Shown: positions 51,964 to 62,591, counted from the stretch's first letter. The stretch is 64,000 nt of DNA from Chloroflexota bacterium (GCA_963663275.1 OY760183.1:448001-512000), one strand, 5' to 3'. Notes: generated by a model not told the origin, from the letters alone. Program-made: numbers and translations.

Positions 51964-53001
51964 GTGACGCCCAACTGGCCCGATTCTTTTCCCGACGCGG
52001 CGCTGGTTCCCCGTTTGCAGCAGTTGGTCTGGGGCAAGGCGACCACGCAGTGCCTCTTCGTCGCCGCCAAGCTGGGCATCGCCGATTTGCTTGCCGACGG
52101 CCCGCGCACCGTAGACGCGCTGGCGGCTGAGACCCAGACCAACGCCGAGGCGCTCTACCGCATCCTGCGCCTGCTGGCCAGTCTCGACGTATTCGTAGAA
52201 CGCGAACCCCGGCAGTTCGCGCTCACCCCCATGGCGGAGTTGCTCCAGGCGGACGCGCCCTGCTCCTTCCGCGACTACGCGATCGTGCACGGCAGCGAGT
52301 GGTACAACCGCGCTTGGGCGCATCTGCTCTACAGCGTCGAGACGAACCAACCGGCCTTCGACCACGCCTGCGGGCAGTCGCTCTTCGCTTTCATGGAAGA
52401 GCACCCGGCGGCGGCCACCGAATTCAACAACTCGATGACCGCGCTCTCCCGCTTCGAGGCCGCCGGCGTCTGCGCGGCCTACGACTTCACCGGCTGCGAG
52501 ACTGTGGTTGACGTAGGCGGCGGCCACGGCCGCCTGCTGGCCGCCATCCTTGACGCCTATCCCGCAATGCGCGGCATCCTCTTCGATCAACCGGCGGTGG
52601 TGGCGGCCGCCGGGCCGGAACTCGCCTCCTCGGACGTGGGCGCGCGCTGCCAGGTGGTTGGCGGCGACTTCTTTGCCGGCGTGCCCCCGGGCGGCGACCG
52701 CTACCTGCTCAAGCACATCATCCACGACTGGAACGATGAAAAGTCTGTGGCGATCTTGCGCAATTGCCGCCAGGCGATGAACCCGGACGGCAAGGTGCTG
52801 GTGGTGGAAGGCGTGATGCCCCCCGGCAACGCGCCCTCCAATAGCAAGCTGTGGGACGTGGTGATGCTGGCGCTGACCGACGGCGGACGCGAGCGCACGG
52901 CAGAGGAATACGCGGAACTCTTCGGCAAGGCGGGCCTGTCCCTGAGCCGGGTCGTGCCCACGAACGCCGTGGTGAGCATCGTGGAAGCAACGGCGGTCTA
53001 G
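51964..53001 (+). CDS. SAM-dependent O-methyltransferase (class II, dimerisation domain)
   Basis: AAKLGIAD.L, VDVGGGHG, GGDFF, KHIIHDW, GRERT; GTG after AAGGAGG. Confidence 0.92.
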   Translation: MTPNWPDSFPDAALVPRLQQLVWGKATTQCLFVAAKLGIADLLADGPRTVDALAAETQTNAEALYRILRLLASLDVFVEREPRQFALTPMAELLQADAPCSFRDYAIVHGSEWYNRAWAHLLYSVETNQPAFDHACGQSLFAFMEEHPAAATEFNNSMTALSRFEAAGVCAAYDFTGCETVVDVGGGHGRLLAAILDAYPAMRGILFDQPAVVAAAGPELASSDVGARCQVVGGDFFAGVPPGGDRYLLKHIIHDWNDEKSVAILRNCRQAMNPDGKVLVVEGVMPPGNAPSNSKLWDVVMLALTDGGRERTAEEYAELFGKAGLSLSRVVPTNAVVSIVEATAV

Positions 53002-53431
53002 CGGTGTAGCGGATTTGCCTCGAAAGACTTCCCCTCACCCTAACCCTCTCCCCCAGGAGAGGGAACCGGAACCGCCCCCACACCACCGTAGCGCGGGGGC
53101 TTGTCCCCCGCCTCTTCGTTCCAAGGCGCGGGCACGCTTGGGTTGCCAGGCGCGCCATCTCAGGCGAAACGCTGTGCCCCGCACAGGGGCGTTTCCACAA
53201 TTGCGGGCCGCCTGCGCGCTTCACGTTTGTCGCGCTGCCAGTCAATTGATATGATGCGGTACAGGAAATTGGCACAGAAGGGGAAGGAGGCAAAGCGGCG
53301 CTCGCACTTTATTCGATAGATGTCCTGCCGGAACGGCGCGCGGCGCGCCGGCGCGCACAGTCGCGCGGCCCGACTGCGGGCGTCCGGCGGGAGTGATGCG
53401 TAGAGTGGTTCGTTCATAGAGGAGGGTAACG

Positions 53432-54838
53432 ATGACTCGTATACATGACCTAGGCGTGACCCGCCGGCGGTTGCTGGGCAGCGCCGGCGCAATTGGCGGA
53501 GCGGGACTGCTGGCCGCGTGCGGACAGGTAGCCGCGCCGGTTGCCGAAGAAGAAGCGCCGGCCGCGGAGGAGAAGAAAGCCGAAGCCGAAGCGCCCCAGG
53601 TGGAGACCGTGCAGGTTGACTTCTGGTCGCTCAACGGCTTCTGGGCGTCGTTCACCGAGGGCGTTGGCCTGGAACTCCGCGACGAGTTCAACGCGATGCA
53701 GGACGCCATCCACATCAACACCATGCCCACGCCGTGGTCCGAAACCTTTGAGAAACTGCCCGCTGCGGTGGCGGCCGATGCCGCGCCCGACATGTCGTTC
53801 GCCCCGCGCTTCACCATCAAGACCCTTGCCCACGGCGGCCTGGCCTCCGAGATGACCGACATGGTCAAAGCCTCCGCCACCATCGATACCGGCGACATGT
53901 GGGAAGAGATCTTGAACGACGCCGTGTGGCAGGGACGCCAGTTCGGGATGCCCTTTACCCCCGACGCCCGCACGCTCTTCATCGGCCACGAAAACATGAT
54001 CGAGGCCGGCCTGGACCCGGAGAGCCCGCCGGCCACGTGGGACGACCTCTACTCCGCCATCGGCAGGATGGTGAAGAAAGACGGCGCGAAGATTTCCCAG
54101 CTTGGCTACGTGCCGCACTGGGGCCCGGGCAGCATCTTCGCGTGTTGGATGGTCGCGGTCTGGCAGTTGGGCGGCGCCATTATCAGCGCGGACGACAGCA
54201 CCTCCACCCTCGACAACGAGACCACGGTGCGCGCGTTCGAGCACATGCTGCGCATCTACGACTTGCAGGACGGCTACCTGGCGGCGGACGAGTTCCGGGG
54301 CGATACCGACCCGCGCATCGTCTTCACCGACCGGGGCGCCAGCATGATCTACACCATCTACGACACGCCGCACCAGCCCAACTACAAGGCCGGCTTCGAC
54401 AAACTCGACTACAGCGCCGCCGCGCTGCCCCTGCCGCCGGACGGCAACACCGTGACGTACAGCGGCTGCGGCGACAACATCATCCCCAACGGCTCCAGGA
54501 ATCCGGAGCAGGCCTTCACCTTCATCGAGTGGCTCTTCGAGGCGCCGCAGGACCTCCGCCACGCGCTGGGCAAGAGCCGCCTGCCCATGCGCAAGTCCGT
54601 CGCCAACAGCGAGGACTTCATCCAGGGCGATCCGCTGCGCAGAGAGGCCGTGGACTCGATGGCCGTCGCCGGCTTCGTGGTCGGCGCGCCGGGCGGCATC
54701 GGCCTGATCGGCATCCACCTGAATATGGCGCAGACCATCTTCAAGAAGGAAAAGACCATCCAGGAGGCCCTGAAAGAGGGCGACCAACTGGCGCAGGAAG
54801 TCCTGGACGAAGCGTTGGCGAACTCCGTGCTGGAGTAA
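53432..54838 (+). CDS. ABC-type extracellular solute-binding lipoprotein, Tat signal
   Basis: VTRRRLL, LAAC, EAGLDPESPPATWDDL; RBS GGAGG. Confidence 0.88.
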   Translation: MTRIHDLGVTRRRLLGSAGAIGGAGLLAACGQVAAPVAEEEAPAAEEKKAEAEAPQVETVQVDFWSLNGFWASFTEGVGLELRDEFNAMQDAIHINTMPTPWSETFEKLPAAVAADAAPDMSFAPRFTIKTLAHGGLASEMTDMVKASATIDTGDMWEEILNDAVWQGRQFGMPFTPDARTLFIGHENMIEAGLDPESPPATWDDLYSAIGRMVKKDGAKISQLGYVPHWGPGSIFACWMVAVWQLGGAIISADDSTSTLDNETTVRAFEHMLRIYDLQDGYLAADEFRGDTDPRIVFTDRGASMIYTIYDTPHQPNYKAGFDKLDYSAAALPLPPDGNTVTYSGCGDNIIPNGSRNPEQAFTFIEWLFEAPQDLRHALGKSRLPMRKSVANSEDFIQGDPLRREAVDSMAVAGFVVGAPGGIGLIGIHLNMAQTIFKKEKTIQEALKEGDQLAQEVLDEALANSVLE

Positions 54839-54899
54839 GCGCCGCGTTCACGACACCGGCCGCATAGGCTCATGCCAACGCACAGGCCTATGCCAATAG

Positions 54900-54940
54900 G
54901 AAGCCGCCTCTTGCGCGCGTGCGCGCAAGAGGCGGCTTCT
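54900..54940. terminator. 19-bp perfect hairpin after the SBP gene
   Basis: GAAGCCGCCTCTTGCGCGC-gt-GCGCGCAAGAGGCGGCTTC; weak U tract. Confidence 0.6.
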
Positions 54941-55025
54941 CACAATACCCGCACACATTGCGTTCGGGTTTTCGCTTGCGTATCATCGTGCAAGACGTGT
55001 GGAAAGTAACGGAGGAGGCAATCCG

Positions 55026-56063
55026 GTGAGAATACTGGTCTCAGGCGCGTCGGGGCGCGTGGGCACGAACTTGACCAAGGCGCTGCTGGCGCGGGGGCAT
55101 CAGGTGCGCGGGATGGTATTCCCCGGCGACCCGAAAGCGGATAAACTCGCCGCCTTCGACATAGAGATTGCCAACGTTGGCCTGGATGACACCGCGGGCA
55201 TCGCCCAGGCGGCGGCGGGCTTGGACGCCGTGGTGCATACCGCGTGTGTCATGTCCCGGCCGCCCACCATGGATAAGTTCACCTACTACGACGTCAATAC
55301 CACCGGCACCATGCGCCTGCTGCAAGCGGTGGCTGAGCAGGGCGACCGGCTGCACCGCTTCGTGCACATCAGCAGCGACACCGTCTACCCCATGCCCTCG
55401 CTGCTCTACGCGCCGGCGGACGAGCAACACCCGCGCCTGCCGGTCAAAGAATACGGCATGATCAAGGTGCTGAACGAGGAGATGGTCGAGCACTACCGGC
55501 GCGAGTACGGGCTGAAAACGACGATTATTCGTCCCGGCGCGATCCTGGCGGGCGAAGAGATCTTCAACGGCTGGACGGCGGGCATTGCCGCAAGCCAGTA
55601 CCGTGAAGCAAGCTGGGCGCAGCGCGGCCCGCTGTGGCATCCCGAGATGGCGGAGAACGTCGCCAAGCTGAACGAGGCGGTGAAGCAACGCGCGGACGAC
55701 CCCGGCAAACTGCTGGTCAACTACCACGACCGCGACGGCAATCCCTGGCTCTGGCAGCGCACCGACGCCCGCGACGTGGTGCACGGCATTATCCAGGCGC
55801 TGGACGAGGACGGCGCGATTGGCGAAACCCTGAACATGCACGGCCCGTACGCGATACCGTTCAGCGAGGCTACGCCGGTGCTGAGCGACCTGCTGGGCCT
55901 GCCGGTGCTGGACTGGGAAGCGCCGGCCTGCTGGCAGTACTGGGTGGATAACAGCGCCGCCAAGTCGCGCGTAAACTACGCGCCCCAACACGACTTCCAC
56001 CGCATGATTGCCGACGCGGTGGCGCTGCGCGAGGGCAGGGAGACGACGGTCATACCGGCATGA
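55026..56063 (+). CDS. NAD-dependent epimerase/dehydratase (extended SDR)
   Basis: ILVSGASGRVG, HISSD.VY, YGMIK, DARDV; GTG after GGAGG. Confidence 0.88.
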   Translation: MRILVSGASGRVGTNLTKALLARGHQVRGMVFPGDPKADKLAAFDIEIANVGLDDTAGIAQAAAGLDAVVHTACVMSRPPTMDKFTYYDVNTTGTMRLLQAVAEQGDRLHRFVHISSDTVYPMPSLLYAPADEQHPRLPVKEYGMIKVLNEEMVEHYRREYGLKTTIIRPGAILAGEEIFNGWTAGIAASQYREASWAQRGPLWHPEMAENVAKLNEAVKQRADDPGKLLVNYHDRDGNPWLWQRTDARDVVHGIIQALDEDGAIGETLNMHGPYAIPFSEATPVLSDLLGLPVLDWEAPACWQYWVDNSAAKSRVNYAPQHDFHRMIADAVALREGRETTVIPA

Positions 56064-56266
56064 GCGGTGGCCGTTCTTGTTCGGCGGCATCCGGCAATGG
56101 CTGGGGCCACCAGTAGTCTATTGCTTCAAGAGCCGTAGCGCGGAGGCTTTTCCCCAACAGTCTCACACTAACGTAGCGCGGGGGCTTGTCCACCGCCTCT
56201 TGGCAACAAGCGCAAAAACCGCTTGGCGCAAGGCGCGAAGCACGTCGTTAGCGGAAAGAACAGCGG

Positions 56267-57760
56267 ATGAAAATCCTCTACATCGACATCGATTCCCTGC
56301 GCCGGGACCACCTGGGCTGTTACGGCTACGCGCGTCCCACCACGCCGCATCTCGACCGCCTGGCGCGGGAAGGCGCGCGCTTCACCAACATGTACGCCGC
56401 CGATACGCCCTGCGTGCCGGCGCGCGCCAGCATCTTCACCGGCCGCTGGGGCATCAAGACCGGCCTGCTCACCCACGGCGAGCGAGCGCAGTCGATTGGC
56501 GACTTTGGCCGTCCCGACGGGGAACTGGACACCAAGCCCTGGGAACGCGACCCCCGCTACACCGGGCCAACCTATCCGCCGTTTGGCAGCCGCGTGCCGC
56601 AGGTGCAGGAGTTTCTCGCGGTTCAACTCGCCGGCAGCGGCTTTCAAACCGCCGCGGTCTCTACCTTTGGCGACCAGGCGTCCTGGTTTCGCCTGGGGTG
56701 GAATGCGTACTACCGTCCCCAGTGGCACTTGGGGCACAGCAACGTGGAGGCGCCTGAGATCACCGCCAGCGCGCTCGCCTGGCTGCAAGACCACGCGCGG
56801 GACGATTTCTTCCTCTACGTCCACTACTGGGACCCGCACCAGTCGTACACGGCGCCGCAGGCGTACGTGGACACAATGCTGGGATACCCGCCGCCCGATT
56901 GGCCGAGCGACGAACGCATCAAGGAAGACGCGGAACGCTACGGGCACATACCGAACTCCGCCGGTTCGCACCGCATCTGGGGCAAGGAAGAATTCGACTA
57001 CTGGCTGGCGATGTACGACGCCGAAATCGCCTACTGCGACGAGTACGTGGGGCGGCTGCTGGATGCTCTGGAACAAGCGGGCGTGCTGGACGATACCCTG
57101 GTCATTGCCGCCACCGACCACGGCGAGAACCAGGGCGAGCACAGCGTCTACGGCGATCACTGGGGCGTCTACGAGACCGACGCCCACATCTGGATGCTGG
57201 CGCGCTGGCCGGCCGGCGGCATTGCGCCGGGCACGGTGGTGGACGCGGCCGGTTATACCCTGGACCTCGGCCCCACGCTCTGCCAGGCGGCGGGTCTGGA
57301 ACCGCCCGCGCGCTGGCAGGGCCGCTCCCTGCTGGGGATGCTGCGCGGCGAACCGGAACCGCAACCCCGGCGCGACTACGTCTATCTGGAGCACGGCCTC
57401 TGGTCGGCGCAACGCGCCATCCGCACCATCGGCGCGCCGGACGGCCGCGACTGGAAGCTGATCAAAAGCTACCACGGCGGCCTCATGAACTGGCCGCTGA
57501 CCCAACTCTTCGACCTGGCCAACGACCCTCGTGAAGAGTGCAACGTGGTTGAAGATCAGGCCGAAATCGCGCGAGACCTGGAATACCGCCTCTGGCAGTG
57601 GGAAGAACAGCAACTCCAGGGCTGGCCGGACCCGCTGAAGAAGGTCGCCCAGGAAGGCCCGCAAACCGTGCTGAGCGCCCTGGAAAACATGCGGCACGGC
57701 CCCTTCGAGTGGCCGGATCCCGAAGGCCACGTGGTGCCGGCGGCGCGTCTACGCAGGTAA
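56267..57760 (+). CDS. Cys-type sulfatase
   Basis: DIDSLR.DHLGCYG, CVPAR (CxPxR), WDPH, TDHGE, LFDL.NDP.E. Confidence 0.92.
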   Translation: MKILYIDIDSLRRDHLGCYGYARPTTPHLDRLAREGARFTNMYAADTPCVPARASIFTGRWGIKTGLLTHGERAQSIGDFGRPDGELDTKPWERDPRYTGPTYPPFGSRVPQVQEFLAVQLAGSGFQTAAVSTFGDQASWFRLGWNAYYRPQWHLGHSNVEAPEITASALAWLQDHARDDFFLYVHYWDPHQSYTAPQAYVDTMLGYPPPDWPSDERIKEDAERYGHIPNSAGSHRIWGKEEFDYWLAMYDAEIAYCDEYVGRLLDALEQAGVLDDTLVIAATDHGENQGEHSVYGDHWGVYETDAHIWMLARWPAGGIAPGTVVDAAGYTLDLGPTLCQAAGLEPPARWQGRSLLGMLRGEPEPQPRRDYVYLEHGLWSAQRAIRTIGAPDGRDWKLIKSYHGGLMNWPLTQLFDLANDPREECNVVEDQAEIARDLEYRLWQWEEQQLQGWPDPLKKVAQEGPQTVLSALENMRHGPFEWPDPEGHVVPAARLRR

Positions 57761-57781
57761 CACGGGCAAGGCGCGGGCCTT

Positions 57782-58006
57782 TCACGCGAACTCGTACACC
57801 GGCGCGCTACTCGCCGGTTGGCGCTCTTCTTCAAGCAGCGCTTCGATTTTGCGTACCGTGTCCGGGTGCAGCAGCGTGTCGCCGCATACGTCGCAAACGT
57901 CGGCCGGCACGCGGTCGATGACAACCACCTGTCCCGCGCGCCGCGCGGTATGCACAATGCGTCTCGCCTCGTATGCCCCAGGACAGCCCTGAACGGTGCA
58001 GTTCAT
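57782..58006 (-). CDS. YgiT-type zinc finger protein (putative antitoxin)
   Basis: CxxxxC ... VPADVCDVCGD; ATG after AGGAA, overlapping the upstream stop (ATGA). Confidence 0.85.
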   Translation of the reverse strand: MNCTVQGCPGAYEARRIVHTARRAGQVVVIDRVPADVCDVCGDTLLHPDTVRKIEALLEEERQPASSAPVYEFA

Positions 58007-58128
58007 TTCGCCTGTTTCCTTTGCAATGGAGTAATCCACTTGGGCAACGTGGGTTCATAGACGGCATTGAAAACCTCACCGCCATTCTGAAGCGGACACA
58101 ACGCAAGACCCCGGCCTGTTTCTAACTT
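58003..58128 (-). pseudogene. C-terminal remnant of a DUF4258-like toxin gene
   Basis: Minus frame ...AVYEPTLPKWITPLQRKQAK*, translationally coupled to the zinc finger gene; no room for the N-terminus. Confidence 0.6.
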
Positions 58129-60083
58129 TATCGCCCTGCGCCCGGTTGCCATTGTCCGAGATTCATCACGTGCCGTATCGCGCCCGGTGCGCCGAGGCGG
58201 TTGTAGAGATCCTCCGTCCAGCCGAACGTGCCGGGGCGCGGGCCGAAGAAGACCAGTTCCGTGGGCCAGAGCAGACCGGCGGCCTGGGGCAGATCGGCGT
58301 GCTGCAGCGCAAAGAGGATTTCACTGGCGACGCCGCTGCCGTCCGGACTGGAAGGCGCGCTAAGGGATTCCGGCAGATCGCTGAGAATGAGCGCCTGCAA
58401 TCCGCCGTGGAGCAGCGCCGCGTAGAGCGCCACCACCGCCATTTGGCCGCGTCCCGCCAGGGCAATCCGCGCGCCGTCCACGCCGGGCAGGTGCGGCATG
58501 GCTTCCAGGGCGCGCAGCGTGTCGTAGACCTGCATGGACGCGATGGTGCGGCCGGTGAGCATGGCGGCGCGGCGCACGTGCCAATCGAGTTCCGTGCCCC
58601 AGGCCGTATCGCCCGTGCCGCGCGGCTCCGCCACCACCCGCGCCCAGGAACTATTCAGGCCGTGCAGCCGTTCTTCCGCGGCTTTGCGTCGCTCATGGGG
58701 CGAACGCAGCGCGAGCACGGCCGGCGCGTCGGCGTCGGATTCCGGCAGCGTCCACGCGCCGTGCAGCCGCCAGCCGGACTCCGAGGTAAACGCGAACCTG
58801 CCGCCGGCCACCGCGTCGCCGCGTCCGATTTCGTACTCGACTTCCGCGTCCAGCGCGCACGGTTCGCTGGGGAAATGGCGGAAAGAGGTCTCTCTCAGAC
58901 CGGCCAGCGCCTGCTCGCGCGCGCTTGCCAACTCGTCCGGCGTGCCAATGTGGGGTAGCCCAGGAAGGGTAAAAAAGTCTTCCTGGATGGTCGAGACGCG
59001 CTCAGCGGGCGGAACGCCGTTGCCGTAGACGCGCAGGGTAGCCGCGTCCTCTTGTACTTCAGGCCGGTCGTCGATGTCGCCCGCATCCTCCGGTGAAACC
59101 TCGCGTTGCTCCAGGTGGCGCAGGAACCAAGAGAAAATGCCCCGGCGCGAATTGGCGTGATACGAGTGTCCGCCGGGCGTCTCGATCAAGCGCACGTTCT
59201 CGCCCGCGCCCAGATGGTCGTAGATCTTCTTCGTGCCCGCAAAGGCCTCGCGAATAGCCTTGATGTGAAAGATGCCGTCCCGGTTGGCCGAGCCAATGAG
59301 CATGGGCCGCGGCGCGATCAGCCGCGCCACGTCCGCCAGTTCCCAGCCGTAGGCGTTCACGAAGAACATGCAGTCGCAGTGGCCGTCCACCGTGCGCTCG
59401 CAGACGTGGGAGGCGAACGTGGCCGTGCCGCAGACCGGCGCCACCACCTTCACGCGCTCGTCCGCGGCGGCCACCCACCAACTCACCGCGCCGCCGCCGG
59501 AGATGCCGGTCACGCCAAGCCGTTCGGCGTCAACTTCCGGCAGCCCCGCCAGCAGGTCGAGACCGCGCACGCCGTTCCAGAGTTCCACACCGGCGGGCGT
59601 GTAGCCCTGGCTGTACCAGTTGAACCAGCCGCGATGGAACGTGCCGTGGTGGTGGCCCTCGATCTCGCCAAGCTGGATGGTCTCCACCAGCAGACAGGCC
59701 ATGCCGAGTTGGGCGAACTTGCGCGGGTGCGCTTGGTAGTGCTCCTTTTGCTTCTGCGCGTGTCCGCAGACGTAGAGCACGCCGGGCACAGGCCCGTCAA
59801 CGTCCGTGGGCAGGTAGAGATTGCCGGTGACGTAGAGGCCGGGCAGGGCCTCATAGTGCAGATTCTGGATGCGGTAGCCGTCGCGCGCGGTCTCTTTGGT
59901 GATGCGCACGTTCAGCGGCGGACGCGCCGTAAGCGCCATGTGGCTGGTGACGCCCATCATGGCATAGTACTGCGCCAGCCACTGTTCCCTTGCCTCCGAC
60001 CAGCCGGCGGGGGCCGGCAAGGACTGCAACGATTCGTCATGCATGCGCCGGGCCTCTGCGCATAAGTAGGTACGGATGTCCAC
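58128..60083 (-). CDS. alpha/beta hydrolase, acetylxylan esterase/dienelactone hydrolase-like, two domains
   Basis: VTGNLYLP, GISGGG nucleophile elbow, LIAPRP, GGHSY; second degenerate domain. Confidence 0.82.
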   Translation of the reverse strand: MDIRTYLCAEARRMHDESLQSLPAPAGWSEAREQWLAQYYAMMGVTSHMALTARPPLNVRITKETARDGYRIQNLHYEALPGLYVTGNLYLPTDVDGPVPGVLYVCGHAQKQKEHYQAHPRKFAQLGMACLLVETIQLGEIEGHHHGTFHRGWFNWYSQGYTPAGVELWNGVRGLDLLAGLPEVDAERLGVTGISGGGAVSWWVAAADERVKVVAPVCGTATFASHVCERTVDGHCDCMFFVNAYGWELADVARLIAPRPMLIGSANRDGIFHIKAIREAFAGTKKIYDHLGAGENVRLIETPGGHSYHANSRRGIFSWFLRHLEQREVSPEDAGDIDDRPEVQEDAATLRVYGNGVPPAERVSTIQEDFFTLPGLPHIGTPDELASAREQALAGLRETSFRHFPSEPCALDAEVEYEIGRGDAVAGGRFAFTSESGWRLHGAWTLPESDADAPAVLALRSPHERRKAAEERLHGLNSSWARVVAEPRGTGDTAWGTELDWHVRRAAMLTGRTIASMQVYDTLRALEAMPHLPGVDGARIALAGRGQMAVVALYAALLHGGLQALILSDLPESLSAPSSPDGSGVASEILFALQHADLPQAAGLLWPTELVFFGPRPGTFGWTEDLYNRLGAPGAIRHVMNLGQWQPGAGR

Positions 60084-60215
60084 GGTTCGGCCTTTCGTTG
60101 AATGGGCGTTGACACAATTGCGGGTCGGCAGTTCACACCCACGTTACCAAGCGCGGAATTGTAAAGCAACGACCGGCTCGATTCTTTCCGCTTCCTCCAC
60201 TCCCTCTCCCTGGAG

Positions 60216-60355
60216 GAGACCTTTGCATAACTCTGTCATTCCGGCGAAAGCCGGAATCCAGACCGCATTTACAACTAAAAATAGCTTGTTTTCAATCCTT
60301 TGCACCCCCATCCCAACCTTCCCCCTCAATGGGGAAGGGGTTATGCAAAGGTCTC
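60216..60355. mobile_element. MITE-A (140 bp, TSD ctggag) inserted in the loop of a CCCTCTCC REP
   Basis: ccctctcc-ctggag|GAGACCTTTGCATAAC ... GTTATGCAAAGGTCTC|ctggag-ggagaggg. Confidence 0.9.
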
Positions 60356-60480
60356 CTGGAGGGAGAGGGCCGGGGTGAGGGGGATTCCGCGCCGGTTCAT
60401 CTCTATTCCGTAAGACTTGGGCACGACTCGCCGCAGAATCTCCCCCTCACCCTAACCCTCTCCCCCAGGAGAGGGAACAA

Positions 60481-60743
60481 GAGCCGCTCTCTCCACTCCC
60501 TCTCCCTGGAAACTGTGGCAACAAGCCGCTCTTTCCGCTCCCTCTCCCTGCGGGCTGTGGCAACGAGCCGCTCTTTCCACTCCCTCTCCCTGCGGGCTGT
60601 GACCACGAGCCGCTCTTTCCACTCCCTCTCCCTGCGGGCTGTGACCACGAGCCGCTCTTTCCGCTCCCTCTCCCTGCGGGCTGTGGCAACGAGCCGCTCT
60701 TTCCACTCCCTCTCCCTGGAGGCAGAGGGCCGGGGTGAGGGGG
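60481..60743. repeat. 42-bp tandem repeat x6 ending in a REP
   Basis: Units at 60481, 60523, 60565, 60607, 60649 and 60691. Confidence 0.9.
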
Positions 60744-60802
60744 TATCCGCGCCGGTTTGGCCCAATTTCAGGTGAGGCACAAGGCCCAATGCCGTCGCCT
60801 TA

Positions 60803-60975
60803 GAACCTGTTTACTATCTGCTTATGAGGGAGTTAGCAAAGCCGATAAAGACCGTTCGTGCTGAGCCTGTCGAAGCATGAACGGCTATATGCAACCTTGC
60901 GGTGTTTCCGTTCACCCTTCGACGCGGCTCAGGGCGAACGTTCCTCGTGCAGACAGAAAGATCGTAAACAGGCTC
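60803..60975. mobile_element. MITE-D (173 bp, GArCCTGTTTACkATCT TIRs, TTA TSD) inserted in a MITE-C terminus
   Basis: tta|GAACCTGTTTACTATCT ... AGATCGTAAACAGGCTC|tta; removing it restores caatgccgtcgccttaacgtagcgcggggg. Confidence 0.8.
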
Positions 60976-61485
60976 TTAACGTAGCGCGGGGGCTTGTCCC
61001 CCGCCGGAGCACGCGGAGCCGCCGCCAAGCCGGCATCACGGGGCGCGACTTCAGGGCTTTCGCTGTCAGAAGCAGGTACGCAATGGAATTGACCCTGTAG
61101 CAGGACAGGGAACCCGCATAGCGAAAAGGGCGCGGCACGTGCTAGAACCGCGCGCATTGCCCGGCGCCGGTGAGGCACGAGGCCTCACCCTACAGCAGGA
61201 GGAGGAACCCCGATTCAGAGTAGGCGCAGCACGCGGCAGCGGCGTATGGCGTATGCATCGCCCGGCCCCGGTGAGGCACAAGGCCTCACCCTACGGCAGA
61301 ACCAATAGGGATATGCAAGTGTCATTCCGAACGCAGAGAGGAATCTAGAGTGGCTGATTTTGCAGGGTCGTGCTCCAGATTCCTCTCTCCGCTGCGCTCC
61401 GTTCGGAATGACTCGCTAAGCCGACTATAGATTGCATACCCCTATTAGCTGCATCAGAGAGGCAAGCCCCACGTCGGAGAAAGCA

Positions 61486-62319
61486 TTACCGAGAAGAAGG
61501 CGTGTCTTTGGGAGTGTAGAGTTCCGGCCGGCGGTCGTCCAGGTAGGTGGCGATGGAGCGCCATTGCGCCCAATCGGGGTGGTCGAGTTCCAGCGGCGCT
61601 ATCGCCACGCCTTCGCCCTCGTCGATCTTGGCCAGGTAGCCGCCGGAGGGGGCGGCGATGCAGGAGTGACCCAGGCTCCGCCAGCCCTCTTCCACGCCCA
61701 CCCGGTCCGCCATCGCCACGTGCACGGTGTTTTCCAGAGCGCGCGTGGCCACCAGGCCGCTCACAACCGTACCGCTCCAGCCCAGGCCGCGCTGCCAATC
61801 GTTGGTGATCCAGTCGGTGCTGTTCAGGATGACCTGCGTGCCTTCCAGGACGAGGCGGCGGATGTATTCGGGAAAAATGAGGTCGTAGCAGATCGTCAGC
61901 GCCACGCGGGTACCGGCAACGTCGAACAGGGCCGGTTCGGTTCCGGGAGTAAACGCCTCACGCTCCGCCGAAAAGAGGTGAATCTTGCGGTACGCCCCGC
62001 GCAGGCTGCCGTCGGGGGCCAGCAGCGCGGCGCTATTGTAGTAGCAATCGCGCCCGCGCTCGATCATGCCGGCCACCACGTAGCAGCCGTGGCGGCTCGC
62101 GATCTTGCCCAGTTCATCGGTGGTCGGGCCGGGGATGGACTCCGCCAGGGCGCCCAGGCGATCGCCCACGAAGTAGCCGGTGGTAGCCAGTTCCGGCAGC
62201 ACGCACACGGTCGCGCCCTGGGCCGCGGCGGCGGCAACGAGACTATCGGCGCGCTCCAGATTGGCGGCTACGTCGCCCAGCACGCAATCCATCTGCACAA
62301 CGGCAAGTTTGAAATACAT
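61486..62319 (-). CDS. carbon-nitrogen hydrolase (nitrilase superfamily)
   Basis: E-K-C triad: LPEL, YRKIHL, ICYD..FPE; RALEN. Confidence 0.92.
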   Translation of the reverse strand: MYFKLAVVQMDCVLGDVAANLERADSLVAAAAAQGATVCVLPELATTGYFVGDRLGALAESIPGPTTDELGKIASRHGCYVVAGMIERGRDCYYNSAALLAPDGSLRGAYRKIHLFSAEREAFTPGTEPALFDVAGTRVALTICYDLIFPEYIRRLVLEGTQVILNSTDWITNDWQRGLGWSGTVVSGLVATRALENTVHVAMADRVGVEEGWRSLGHSCIAAPSGGYLAKIDEGEGVAIAPLELDHPDWAQWRSIATYLDDRRPELYTPKDTPSSR

Positions 62320-62591
62320 CTTCCACCCGCCTCCCGCATCCGGCATGTGCGTATCCCCTCCAAAACGTACCACACTTCAGGACATGCCCTTCGACAGGCT
62401 CAGAGCCTGTCCCGCACCCGCTACGGGGGCGAACGGAGCAGCGCATTTATGCGTAAGTCTATCCCGCCGGTCAAAAGGACCGGAGAGACGGCGCTTCTCC
62501 CGTCTAAGACAGGATCGCCGCCTCTCCGGTCTCGACCGGCCTATCCGCCGAAAGTGGCATTCCCGCTTGCGCGGGAATCCATCTTCTCCGC

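Noticed and set aside
60481-60743. CRISPR array (also 28161, 29310, 34130, 34836)
   Set aside because: Units are contiguous tandem copies with no unique spacers, and no cas genes are present.
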